In this document: in pieces, positions 47,631-56,191 of the stretch
Layout: every line of letters begins with the position of its first letter
Position numbering within the stretch: the first letter of the stretch is position 1
Source of the DNA: an uncultured virus (IMG/VR IMGVR_UViG_3300011361_000001)
Taxonomy: Duplodnaviria > Heunggongvirae > Uroviricota > Caudoviricetes
IMG/VR virus record: IMGVR_UViG_3300011361_000001
Span: 62,001-126,000 of that record
DNA length: 64,000 bases
Reading direction: 5' to 3' (one strand)
Program-made: the position numbers and the translations under genes
The notes under the pieces: model-generated
Databases searched by the model: none
The model's input: only the letters and a program-made list of their open reading frames with translations
Told to the model about the DNA's origin: nothing

Positions 47631-47711
47631 GGCAACCTCCATAGGTTTATTTATATCATCGCGCATAGGCGTAATAAATGACCGTCAGGGTTTTACCCCC
47701 GACGGCCTAGG

Positions 47712-48710
47712 TTACAAAATAGCTTTGAACATCGCTTTGATCTGACACTCGCCTGCAGTGTCCTCAACGAAGCTGTGGTGCAAGAAACACCGTAACCCGC
47801 ACCGTTGATAGTACTCGCAGGAGAAACAGCCGTAGTGGTCCAGGAAACGCTCCTCAGCCGCATTCTTCGCCTGCAGCCCCAACTGTTCGTCCAAGATGGC
47901 ATCTTTACCGGCTTCTGACCAACACGTCGAGACCACACCGTCTTTGTTGACGATCTTGGTTGAACGGCACGTCGTGATGTTCTCCTGATTCTCTTTCCAC
48001 GCAATCAGTGGATGAGAGTTCGGGTGATGTTCGTTCAGGTACAGGTAGAGTTGACCGATCAGGTCTTCAGAGGGTTGGATGCGTTCGTAGTTGACACTTG
48101 GGATGTAGTGATCAAAGTACACCGAGAAATTTGCACACAAGAACGTTAAGCGTTCAGCCTCTCGTCCTGACATGATGGTCTCGATGTTCTGTTTGGTGAT
48201 CACCACGTTTACGGTGTCCACGTACTCTTGTACTTGCAGCAGGTTGCGGAAGAACAGCTCACGTTCCTCGTACGTAAACCGACCCGCCGGGTCATACGAG
48301 GTGGCGATCTTAACCTTGCCGTGGAAGCTCAACGCTTTGACCAGATGTTTCAGACGGTTGGCGTTGCGATACACCAAGTTAGCCCCAAACACAATCGTGA
48401 CGTCATCGTAGTAACTGAACAGCTTACGGGCGATGCTGTAGTAGACGTCGATCTGTGAGTTAGGAAACTCATCCAAGAACAACTCACCCCCTGTGATGTT
48501 CACCACGTAAGGGTCTTTGGGGTTGGTGTTGGCCATCAGGGTTTCAACCTTTTCCCACATGGCGTCCACATTTAGCCCCACTTTGGAGTCGTGGTCTTGG
48601 TGGCAGAAACTGCAACGCAGGTTACAGTACTCAAAGAGAATCAGATGAGCTTCTTTCAACTCCCCTTTCTTGTCAGCCAACAAATCGACCAACGGAATCA
48701 ATCCAGCCAT
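47712..48710 (-). CDS. Radical SAM/SPASM protein
   Basis: CNLRCSFC, TGGE, SYDP.GRF, and C...STC...CFSCEYYQRC..RC...C. Confidence 0.9.
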   Translation of the reverse strand: MAGLIPLVDLLADKKGELKEAHLILFEYCNLRCSFCHQDHDSKVGLNVDAMWEKVETLMANTNPKDPYVVNITGGELFLDEFPNSQIDVYYSIARKLFSYYDDVTIVFGANLVYRNANRLKHLVKALSFHGKVKIATSYDPAGRFTYEERELFFRNLLQVQEYVDTVNVVITKQNIETIMSGREAERLTFLCANFSVYFDHYIPSVNYERIQPSEDLIGQLYLYLNEHHPNSHPLIAWKENQENITTCRSTKIVNKDGVVSTCWSEAGKDAILDEQLGLQAKNAAEERFLDHYGCFSCEYYQRCGLRCFLHHSFVEDTAGECQIKAMFKAIL

Positions 48711-49768
48711 TTTGCACCTACTCCTGCTTTGACGAACGCTTCAAGCGGTGCGTTGATTACAAACCGCAACAGGTTGTCGTCGTACTTTCCAATGTCACGT
48801 TGGGAAACCCGAACCATCTTTGGACCGTGGTCGAAGAACCGATGGAGCAGTTCAAAGAGGGTCGCCTTGTCCTCCACTACAAACCCGTTCAAGTAGACTT
48901 CATGGATACTCTCCATGTAGGCCACAATGCTCAAGTCGTTGTTGTGACGGAGCAAGAACAACATCTCACCGATCATCTCAGCGAGCCACTCCACCGGGAA
49001 GCGATCGTTGATGTTAGACAGCATCACGAAGTCGGCGTTGTTCAAGTACTTAAAGTTGTAGCACCCCTGAAACACAGTGTCCTCATTTAAGAGGGTGTCA
49101 AGGTCGGCCCCAATCAATTTCCACTGATCAGGATTGCTCATAAAGGTCGACAAATACCCCATGGTGTCGGGTACGTTAGTCAACAACACACGGTCAATCA
49201 AACGCCGCAACCGTAGACCGGTTGATCCCATCGGTTGACCTAACCGCACCCCTAGAACGTCCCACTCAAACGAACGGACGATCCTTTCCTTACAGATCCA
49301 TCGACTAAGGACCGTAACCAACCAATCACAGTGCGCCTCGTCAAAGGCTGCTTGGACTTTGGGACCTGTAATCGTCACCGGGTTAATGTGACTGGTGCGC
49401 TCGCGCATGGTGGTTGTGGTGCGACAGTTGAGAATGCTTTTCTTGCACAGAAACAGATAACGGAACGTTTCATAGTCAACACCTGGCATATAAGCGAAGA
49501 CCAAAGCGGCCCACAACCGAATGTAGGTCGCTTCGTCTGCGTACAGATACGCCTCGTCTTTCCACGCCAGTTGTTCGAGCAGTTCTTCAAAGCCTGTGAC
49601 TCCAAGCTCATCTAACGACTCACTGACGCAGATCGGACTGATTGCGCTCTCGTTCCCTTCCAACACCAGAAAAGGCATCCCCATCTGTTTAGAGACCACC
49701 GCCCGATTGGCTTCATCATCGATCTCTCGATCGACTTCAACGTACAGGCTATTAAACAGATGGAACAT
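48698..49768 (-). CDS. Hypothetical accessory protein of the radical SAM cluster
   Basis: 356 aa, tightly coupled to its neighbours. Confidence 0.75.
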   Translation of the reverse strand: MFHLFNSLYVEVDREIDDEANRAVVSKQMGMPFLVLEGNESAISPICVSESLDELGVTGFEELLEQLAWKDEAYLYADEATYIRLWAALVFAYMPGVDYETFRYLFLCKKSILNCRTTTTMRERTSHINPVTITGPKVQAAFDEAHCDWLVTVLSRWICKERIVRSFEWDVLGVRLGQPMGSTGLRLRRLIDRVLLTNVPDTMGYLSTFMSNPDQWKLIGADLDTLLNEDTVFQGCYNFKYLNNADFVMLSNINDRFPVEWLAEMIGEMLFLLRHNNDLSIVAYMESIHEVYLNGFVVEDKATLFELLHRFFDHGPKMVRVSQRDIGKYDDNLLRFVINAPLEAFVKAGVGAKWLD

Positions 49769-49771
49769 GAC

Positions 49772-50479
49772 TTAGTTTCCTTCCAACAACGCCGGGAGCG
49801 CCGCATCGTGGGCTTGGACGATTTGGGCAAATTCCGGTTGGAACTCAGGGAAGTACAAAGTACCTGCTGAAATGAACAACACGTTGTCAGGCGACTCGAA
49901 GTAGTGATACAGGTTCTTACCTGCAAACACACGCTCCTCGAACCAGTGCTTGCTGTAGCGCAATGGGCGCTCTTTAGCAAAGTACAACGCCATCCCTGGG
50001 TGAGTCAGACAGTGCACCCAGTTCAATCCTGAGGCCGATTCATCCACACCCGGCCACGCCGCTTCATCAAGCTGTAGGTGATCGCCTGCAACGCAGCGAG
50101 CAGCAAACAAGGGACAGCAATCCAAACGCTCAGCCCAAAGATCCAACGCCGCCCCGTGAGTTTCGAAGAACACCTGCGGATCAAACGGTACAGACCCCGG
50201 CATGCCTTCACGGATCAACAACAGGTTGACGACAATCCCAACCAAAGATTCTTGACGGTACATCACAGGCAACTTCAGGTAAGCTGCTGTCAATTCCATC
50301 AATGCCTCTTCACCTGCAACCAAGAGATCCACCTCAAGCTTCAGGTTACTCAGGTATGTCAGAAAGGCCAGACCTTTGAACTTGGATTCGTTGTACTGAA
50401 TCTCAAAGTGGAGGTCTTCTGTGAATTTGCGCTTGAGTTCGAGCACCGGGATGGGAGCCGGGGTAGTGATGACTTGCAT
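49772..50479 (-). CDS. Hypothetical accessory protein of the radical SAM cluster
   Basis: 235 aa, AGGAG RBS. Confidence 0.75.
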   Translation of the reverse strand: MQVITTPAPIPVLELKRKFTEDLHFEIQYNESKFKGLAFLTYLSNLKLEVDLLVAGEEALMELTAAYLKLPVMYRQESLVGIVVNLLLIREGMPGSVPFDPQVFFETHGAALDLWAERLDCCPLFAARCVAGDHLQLDEAAWPGVDESASGLNWVHCLTHPGMALYFAKERPLRYSKHWFEERVFAGKNLYHYFESPDNVLFISAGTLYFPEFQPEFAQIVQAHDAALPALLEGN

Positions 50480-50493
50480 AAGGGGAACTCCTG

Positions 50494-51108
50494 TTAACGG
50501 CGGCCGCGGTTGCTGTGGCAGTCGGAGTGGCAGTTACTGTGACAGAACGTTTTGGTGATCCGCAGCGTCTGGTTACTGAGGTTTACGATGTTGGCGTAAA
50601 CACGTTCGCAGTAGTTGATCAACTCACCACGACTTACCACCTGACCGGCTGAAGGCGGCCACGCCGCACGGTTATCGACTCCGTGTAAATAGGGATCAAC
50701 GTAATCGCCTGCTGACCAACCACCGGCGCTACTGTTGGCGTTTGCTACAGCCGCTTGAGTCCGAGTCAACGCAACGCTGCTGGTCAGTCGAGTGATACCT
50801 GTGGTGTTTTGACGAACCGACAGACTTCCACCACTGTTGTAGTAGGACAAGAACTGGATGGATCGTACCCGTGCCCAGTTACGACCGTAGGCTGCGATGT
50901 TAGCCACTACCGCCTCGGCATTCACAGGACCTGCCGGCAACCAGCTTGCAGCAAAACCGCCGGTGACAATACCGGTGTTACCACCGTAGTTCGGGTCACC
51001 AAAGTCGCTTGGGTAGTTGTTGTTACCGTAAGAGACACGACTGTCCAAACGGTCGCGTAGATACGCGGTGATGATGTTGGCAATATCCTGCCGTGTAATA
51101 TCAGCCAT
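50494..51108 (-). CDS. Putative modification substrate with C-terminal CXXX repeat
   Basis: 204 aa, G/N/S/A-rich, ends in FCHSNCHSDCHSNRGRR. Confidence 0.7.
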   Translation of the reverse strand: MADITRQDIANIITAYLRDRLDSRVSYGNNNYPSDFGDPNYGGNTGIVTGGFAASWLPAGPVNAEAVVANIAAYGRNWARVRSIQFLSYYNSGGSLSVRQNTTGITRLTSSVALTRTQAAVANANSSAGGWSAGDYVDPYLHGVDNRAAWPPSAGQVVSRGELINYCERVYANIVNLSNQTLRITKTFCHSNCHSDCHSNRGRR

Positions 51109-51113
51109 GTCGT

Positions 51114-52157
51114 TTATGCCTTGAATATCAGGTTGGGGTCGTACGGGTTAGGTCGACCACTTAAATAGCGTAGCGTGTTCTTAAGGCCCGCACAGCGGTA
51201 GCCTTGCCAAGACAAGCGATGGCAGTCGCCACCACACAAGTCAAACACGTCGCAACGAATGCACAACTCAGAGAAGTCTAACTCCCGTACGATCTGATCG
51301 ACACGACCCTCTGAGGCAAGGTAGTTTTGGACAGGTTGGTGAATGTTGCCGTGGTTGTGCTCACTGGCCACATTAGGACAACCGCCTAAGGTCCCGTTGG
51401 AATTGATGGTGGTGAGGTTCTGCTCACAGTTCCGACAGTTGGTGTCCACAGCGACCATGTTGTACTGGATCTTCTCGATCAAGATGTCTAAGGTTTTGAT
51501 GTGGGCTGAATACTGACCGGTCTGGTACAATTTAAGTAACGCCAAGTACCAGTTGTCTTGCGCCTCGTTGTCAGGAAACACGTGTTCGTTACGCAGCGCA
51601 TTGCCGCCTACGGTCAAGCGTTCCAAGGAGACATCACGAACCGGTAAGGCTGAGACCTGCTCTAAGAACCATTCAGGACTCTGTTCCACCATTTGTCTGG
51701 ATACCGACACCTTCAACCCTAACTCAACACCCTGGTCGGTTAAGTACTGAAGGTTTTTACGCCACAGACTTTGTTGCTCACCAGTTTCCCACCGAATCCA
51801 GGGGTCCCAGCTGGTACCTATTGAACCGCCTAGTTGGTTCTGGATGAAACTGAGTAGACGAGGATGGATGGTGAACGTCAAATTACTGTTGGCAGACATC
51901 GACACCAAGTCATCGCCTTCGAAGTGCGCCGCAAAGCGCTCTAATAGCTCGATAGGGACGAGGAACGGTTCACCGCCATGCAACTCTAGGTGCGTGTGTG
52001 TACCGGGCTCAAACGTCGCCCTAAGGCCTTTGATCCAACTGGCTGTCGCATCGGGGTCAAAGCGTGTAGTGTCTCCATTGCGTCCGCTGGTAAAACAGTG
52101 ACTACAATTGAGGTTACACGACCCCGTGGTTTTGACATAGATCGTTTTGACCGTCAT
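51114..52157 (-). CDS. Radical SAM/SPASM protein
   Basis: KTTGSCNLNCSHC, HGGEP, and SPASM-like CRNC...GGC...CIRC..FDLCGGDC...C. Confidence 0.9.
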   Translation of the reverse strand: MTVKTIYVKTTGSCNLNCSHCFTSGRNGDTTRFDPDATASWIKGLRATFEPGTHTHLELHGGEPFLVPIELLERFAAHFEGDDLVSMSANSNLTFTIHPRLLSFIQNQLGGSIGTSWDPWIRWETGEQQSLWRKNLQYLTDQGVELGLKVSVSRQMVEQSPEWFLEQVSALPVRDVSLERLTVGGNALRNEHVFPDNEAQDNWYLALLKLYQTGQYSAHIKTLDILIEKIQYNMVAVDTNCRNCEQNLTTINSNGTLGGCPNVASEHNHGNIHQPVQNYLASEGRVDQIVRELDFSELCIRCDVFDLCGGDCHRLSWQGYRCAGLKNTLRYLSGRPNPYDPNLIFKA

Positions 52158-52660
52158 AGCTTCTCAACCATCCACTTCTCAAAGCCTAGGCTGACCATGA
52201 TGGACGCTTTCTCATTCACAGCGTAGTGTTTCACATTCGCCGGCATGTAAAGCGTATCACCCGCCTTTAGATGGTGACTGATACCGTCCACCACCATGGT
52301 TTTCTCGCCATCGATTACACAGACCAAGACATGATCAGGATCTGTGTGTTCGTTGAATGTGTAACCCCCTGCTGGCGCTATAAAGACGTGGGCAGATACC
52401 GGTCCGTAGTGTTTGTAGGCGTTAGCTTGTAGCTTACACCATTCCCATACTCCACGGTCGAAGGTTTCGAAGTGCTCCAGTTTGATGGTGGTGTTACGAC
52501 CCATCAATGAGGTGGAGTTCTGAAACGCGTTCACAACGTTAGGTTCTGCGATCACATGGACAATCTGTTGCTCACGGGCGTAGTCAGAACTGATACACAG
52601 ATCAAAGTACTGATTAGCTTTGGCGCAGATCTCTCTATAACTCAGCATGAGGATACTCAC
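52154..52660 (-). CDS. JmjC/cupin-fold Fe(II)-dependent oxygenase
   Basis: HTD...V.V....G.K...L.AGD.LY.PA...H (HxD...H). Start at GTG 52660 or ATG 52648. Confidence 0.8.
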   Translation of the reverse strand: MSILMLSYREICAKANQYFDLCISSDYAREQQIVHVIAEPNVVNAFQNSTSLMGRNTTIKLEHFETFDRGVWEWCKLQANAYKHYGPVSAHVFIAPAGGYTFNEHTDPDHVLVCVIDGEKTMVVDGISHHLKAGDTLYMPANVKHYAVNEKASIMVSLGFEKWMVEKL

Positions 52661-52661
52661 T

Positions 52662-53456
52662 TTAAAGGTTAGTGGCGTTGATCTCCGATTTCAGCTCGTC
52701 GATCTCTGCACGCAAGTTGGCAAGTACTTTATCGGCGTAGCTACGATGTACCAACTGTTCCAGACGAATCGGGACCAGATCGCCTTCCGGTTTCTCAGCC
52801 ACAGGGCGTTCACGAGAACCAAAGGTACAACCGCGCATTCCGCTCAGTAACACTATTTGGAAATCGTTACGAGCCGCATCCCCACACCAGATCTCGGTAT
52901 GGATCATGTCTTCTATCTTAACGCGACGATAGAAGAACTCTGTGGTGTAACGACCACTCATCACGTTGATCACAGGCGCCCGGCCTTCACGACCAATACG
53001 CATGTAGGCAACCGGACGTTCGGCCATGAACCCGTAAGGACCGCCCCCTACAAACGCAAACAACAGGTCGTCGTTAACTGCGTGTTTTTTACCCAGTGTG
53101 CTGGTGGAGTTCTCAGGGATACTTACCAGACGAGACCAACCCCCTTTACTGAAGGGAATCATGACGTAGGGGTGACTGAGTTCCCGAATCCGGTTTTTGA
53201 CATCGGTCAGGATGTCTTCAACGGTCAATCCGTTCAGGCGATCGGCATCGAGTATTCGACTATCCATATCGCGAATCTTGTTGAGCAACTCTTCCAACGA
53301 GACGCCATCTAACAACGTTGCATTACGAGCAAAGGCATTTTTAGCCAAGTACTCAAGCAAACCTTCGAAGGTGTGTCCATTGAAACGTTCTGCGTTTTGA
53401 GCCGTGTCAAAGACACCCAACTTGTCTTCTAAGCTCATAGTCTTGCTCTGGTCCAT
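52662..53456 (-). CDS. Tail-fibre-related protein
   Basis: Three (N/D)A..(L/F).G..+E.+ repeats. C-domain paralogous to 53474 and to the end of 56192. Confidence 0.6.
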   Translation of the reverse strand: MDQSKTMSLEDKLGVFDTAQNAERFNGHTFEGLLEYLAKNAFARNATLLDGVSLEELLNKIRDMDSRILDADRLNGLTVEDILTDVKNRIRELSHPYVMIPFSKGGWSRLVSIPENSTSTLGKKHAVNDDLLFAFVGGGPYGFMAERPVAYMRIGREGRAPVINVMSGRYTTEFFYRRVKIEDMIHTEIWCGDAARNDFQIVLLSGMRGCTFGSRERPVAEKPEGDLVPIRLEQLVHRSYADKVLANLRAEIDELKSEINATNL

Positions 53457-53473
53457 ATTTCTTTACCTCGGGA

Positions 53474-54232
53474 TTAAGTCCGGCGATTGAGTAGAGTTTC
53501 TTTGAGCGCTTTAAGCTCTTCTTGCAAAGGCGTGACAGACTCAATGAACGTTTCGGTGGTGATGGCTTCGTCGCACACAATGGGAAACAGTGTATCGATG
53601 GGAGGGACTTCTCCATCAAACTGACAAGGACCGTAGGTGTGTGCACGGGTCGAGTTCAAGCACGCCATGTGTAACGTGTCTCGACGCTCTGCCGTGTGCC
53701 AAATCTCCAAGAAGATGACATCGTTCTCAGAACGACTGCGGCTGTAGAACTGACCGTTGATCTGACCAGCTAACGCCAACGCCAATGAAGGACGTCCTTG
53801 GGCACCTACACGCAACATCACCAGAGGTTGTTCGCCCTCTGAACCACCACCCATCAAACCAAAGACAAAATCTTCGCGATCAGGTTGAATTTCAACAGTG
53901 ACCAGAAGTGTCCACGGATTAGTAGTTGGGGTGAAGAACGTCGGTTGGAAGGTACGGGTTTCAACCAACTGGTTCAACTGTGCTTTGAGTTCACTGACAG
54001 TCAGGCCACCAAACTTGTCAACCTCTTCTGCGTACACTTTGGCTTGTTGGGCTATGGCATAAAAGTCATCCAACCCAAACCCGCCGAGGCTCTTGACCTC
54101 ATGGACGCGCCCTTCGCTTTCAACAAAGGCATACAGCTCATCCAAGGTACGACCTTGTAGCAGTTGGGTGTCGTTCGCTGTCCCGTCACGGTCCAGTTTC
54201 GTGGCTAATTGTTCAGGGGTGATTTCAGACAT
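53474..54232 (-). CDS. Tail-fibre-related protein (paralogue of 52662)
   Basis: Same repeats and W..LV...F.F..GG...+R+G...FY.R...EIW domain. Confidence 0.6.
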   Translation of the reverse strand: MSEITPEQLATKLDRDGTANDTQLLQGRTLDELYAFVESEGRVHEVKSLGGFGLDDFYAIAQQAKVYAEEVDKFGGLTVSELKAQLNQLVETRTFQPTFFTPTTNPWTLLVTVEIQPDREDFVFGLMGGGSEGEQPLVMLRVGAQGRPSLALALAGQINGQFYSRSRSENDVIFLEIWHTAERRDTLHMACLNSTRAHTYGPCQFDGEVPPIDTLFPIVCDEAITTETFIESVTPLQEELKALKETLLNRRT

Positions 54233-54311
54233 GGTGTTAATCCCACAGGACAAAATAAAGAAAGAAACAAGTATGGGCTGTTAACCCATACCTGATTCTT
54301 CGAGGTTTACA

Positions 54312-56135
54312 TCAGGACCACTGAGCCGGCCAAACTTGACGCCAAGCACCACCACCCCAGATATACACGCCCGTTCCGTTCCAGTGAACGCTGCAATCAA
54401 AACCTGCGGCGTTCTTAGGTGCGTATCGTGCATCGTGGTCTGCGGAGTTTACGTGGTCGAACATTCCCTTGGCTGTCAGCAACGAAGCGTCGGTGTTAGA
54501 ACCACGCGAGCTTGTGATCGAGTTAGGAATGGTACTCAAGCCCACCTGGGCCTTCGTGACGCCATGAGGGTTGTCAGAGCGACTGATGTGTGCGTTCATC
54601 GGGACCACAGCCAAGGTGTTGATGGCCTGTCCTGTACGCAACGGTGTCATATATGTACCGTTATCTGTCGCTGCTTCTGCCAACGCTTGGGTTGCCACCG
54701 TGTAGTTCAACACGTTCCCGAGGCCCACTTGTGCTTTCGTCACCCCGTGAGGGTTGTCGGCACGTGCGATGTGAGCGTTCAGAGGTGTCAACGCTTGGGT
54801 GAAGATGGCCTGAGAACTGCGCAGCGGTGTCATGAAGCGAGTGTTGACCGTGCCTGCACGGGCTTCTGCTTCAGTAGCGGTTGCGTAGTTATCAACATCT
54901 CCCAATCCAACTTGGGCTTTGGTGGTAGCATGTGGGTTGTCCACACGATCCACGTGAGCCTTAAGCGGAACCAACGCTTGGGTGTCAATCGCTTGTGCGG
55001 TCTTCAAAGCCGTCATGTACAGCGAGTCACTGGTGCCGACACGGGCCTGTGCTTCAGTGGCCACGCCATAGTTCAGAACACTACCAAGACCTACCTGTGC
55101 TTTAGTCACTGCGTGCGGGTTGTCCGTACGAGCAGTGTGAGCATTGAGGGGTTTGATGGCGTGTTCATCGATGGCTTGCTTGGTCAGCAACGGAGTTACG
55201 TACAACGAAGGCGACGTCCCTGCAATCATGTCCGCTTGCGAGGCCACGTTGTAGTTAGCGACTAACCCCAAACCAACCTGTGCCTTAGTGACACCATGCG
55301 GGTTATCCGTACGGGCAATGTGGGCGTTCAGTGGTTTGATGGCATGTTCGTTGATCGCATCACGTACCCGTACAGGCGTCGTGTACAACGCGTTACTGGT
55401 AGCGGCTACCATGTCAGCGGTGGTTGCAACACCGTAGTTCTCAACGCTGCCTAACCCAACCTGCGCCTTAGTGGTGCCGTGTGGGTTGGTTTTGTCTTGA
55501 ACGTGTGTGGCCAAGTTCTGACGGTTTTCAGCAATGCTTTCACGCAACAGTCCGTCTTCGTAACGAATCCACTGACGCATTTCTTCGTGGACGGCTTCGT
55601 CACCAATCAGGATCGCATGACGCAATGCTTCCAGCGCTTCTGTCACATACTCGAAACCATAAAGGTCGCCGATGTCGTGTAGGTGAGGTGCTGGTGGATA
55701 CGCACTGGGTCGCGCGATGATGTCGCCCCAGCTAACGGTACGCTCGTCCAAGTCTTCGTCTTCGATGGCTTGGCGCAAAGCGTCCACCGACACACTGAAG
55801 TCACCACCAACCGTTTGATATTCAAGGGTAACCTTGCCCATCACGTTCTGGTCGATGATCACCACCGCCATGCAAACCTCACGGTTCAACGAGGCAGTGG
55901 CATCAGCGTGAAGTTGTGCTGCGATGTAGTGCTGGTTAGGTACAAGAGGTTCGACTTGGTCTTCGACCCAGACCACAAGCGATTCACTGTAGAAGGCGCT
56001 GTAGTGTGGAACGATCGCTCGGTTGACTCCGGTACCCAGGTCGTGCTCTTCCCCAACAATGCGGTTGTTAGGGTTGACGGCCGTGGGGTCAATGGGGTAC
56101 TTAAGAATAAGCCCCCGCGTCAAGGTTGAGGACAT
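54312..56135 (-). CDS. Tail fibre protein with NPH repeats
   Basis: Six NPH..TKAQVGL units spaced about 61 aa apart. N-terminal YP.DPT...N....E.H domain. Confidence 0.8.
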   Translation of the reverse strand: MSSTLTRGLILKYPIDPTAVNPNNRIVGEEHDLGTGVNRAIVPHYSAFYSESLVVWVEDQVEPLVPNQHYIAAQLHADATASLNREVCMAVVIIDQNVMGKVTLEYQTVGGDFSVSVDALRQAIEDEDLDERTVSWGDIIARPSAYPPAPHLHDIGDLYGFEYVTEALEALRHAILIGDEAVHEEMRQWIRYEDGLLRESIAENRQNLATHVQDKTNPHGTTKAQVGLGSVENYGVATTADMVAATSNALYTTPVRVRDAINEHAIKPLNAHIARTDNPHGVTKAQVGLGLVANYNVASQADMIAGTSPSLYVTPLLTKQAIDEHAIKPLNAHTARTDNPHAVTKAQVGLGSVLNYGVATEAQARVGTSDSLYMTALKTAQAIDTQALVPLKAHVDRVDNPHATTKAQVGLGDVDNYATATEAEARAGTVNTRFMTPLRSSQAIFTQALTPLNAHIARADNPHGVTKAQVGLGNVLNYTVATQALAEAATDNGTYMTPLRTGQAINTLAVVPMNAHISRSDNPHGVTKAQVGLSTIPNSITSSRGSNTDASLLTAKGMFDHVNSADHDARYAPKNAAGFDCSVHWNGTGVYIWGGGAWRQVWPAQWS

Positions 56136-56191
56136 ACGGTTTTACTCCGAGTTAGGGTGAGGTGGGTAAGACCCCACCCCTAGAAGGTTGA

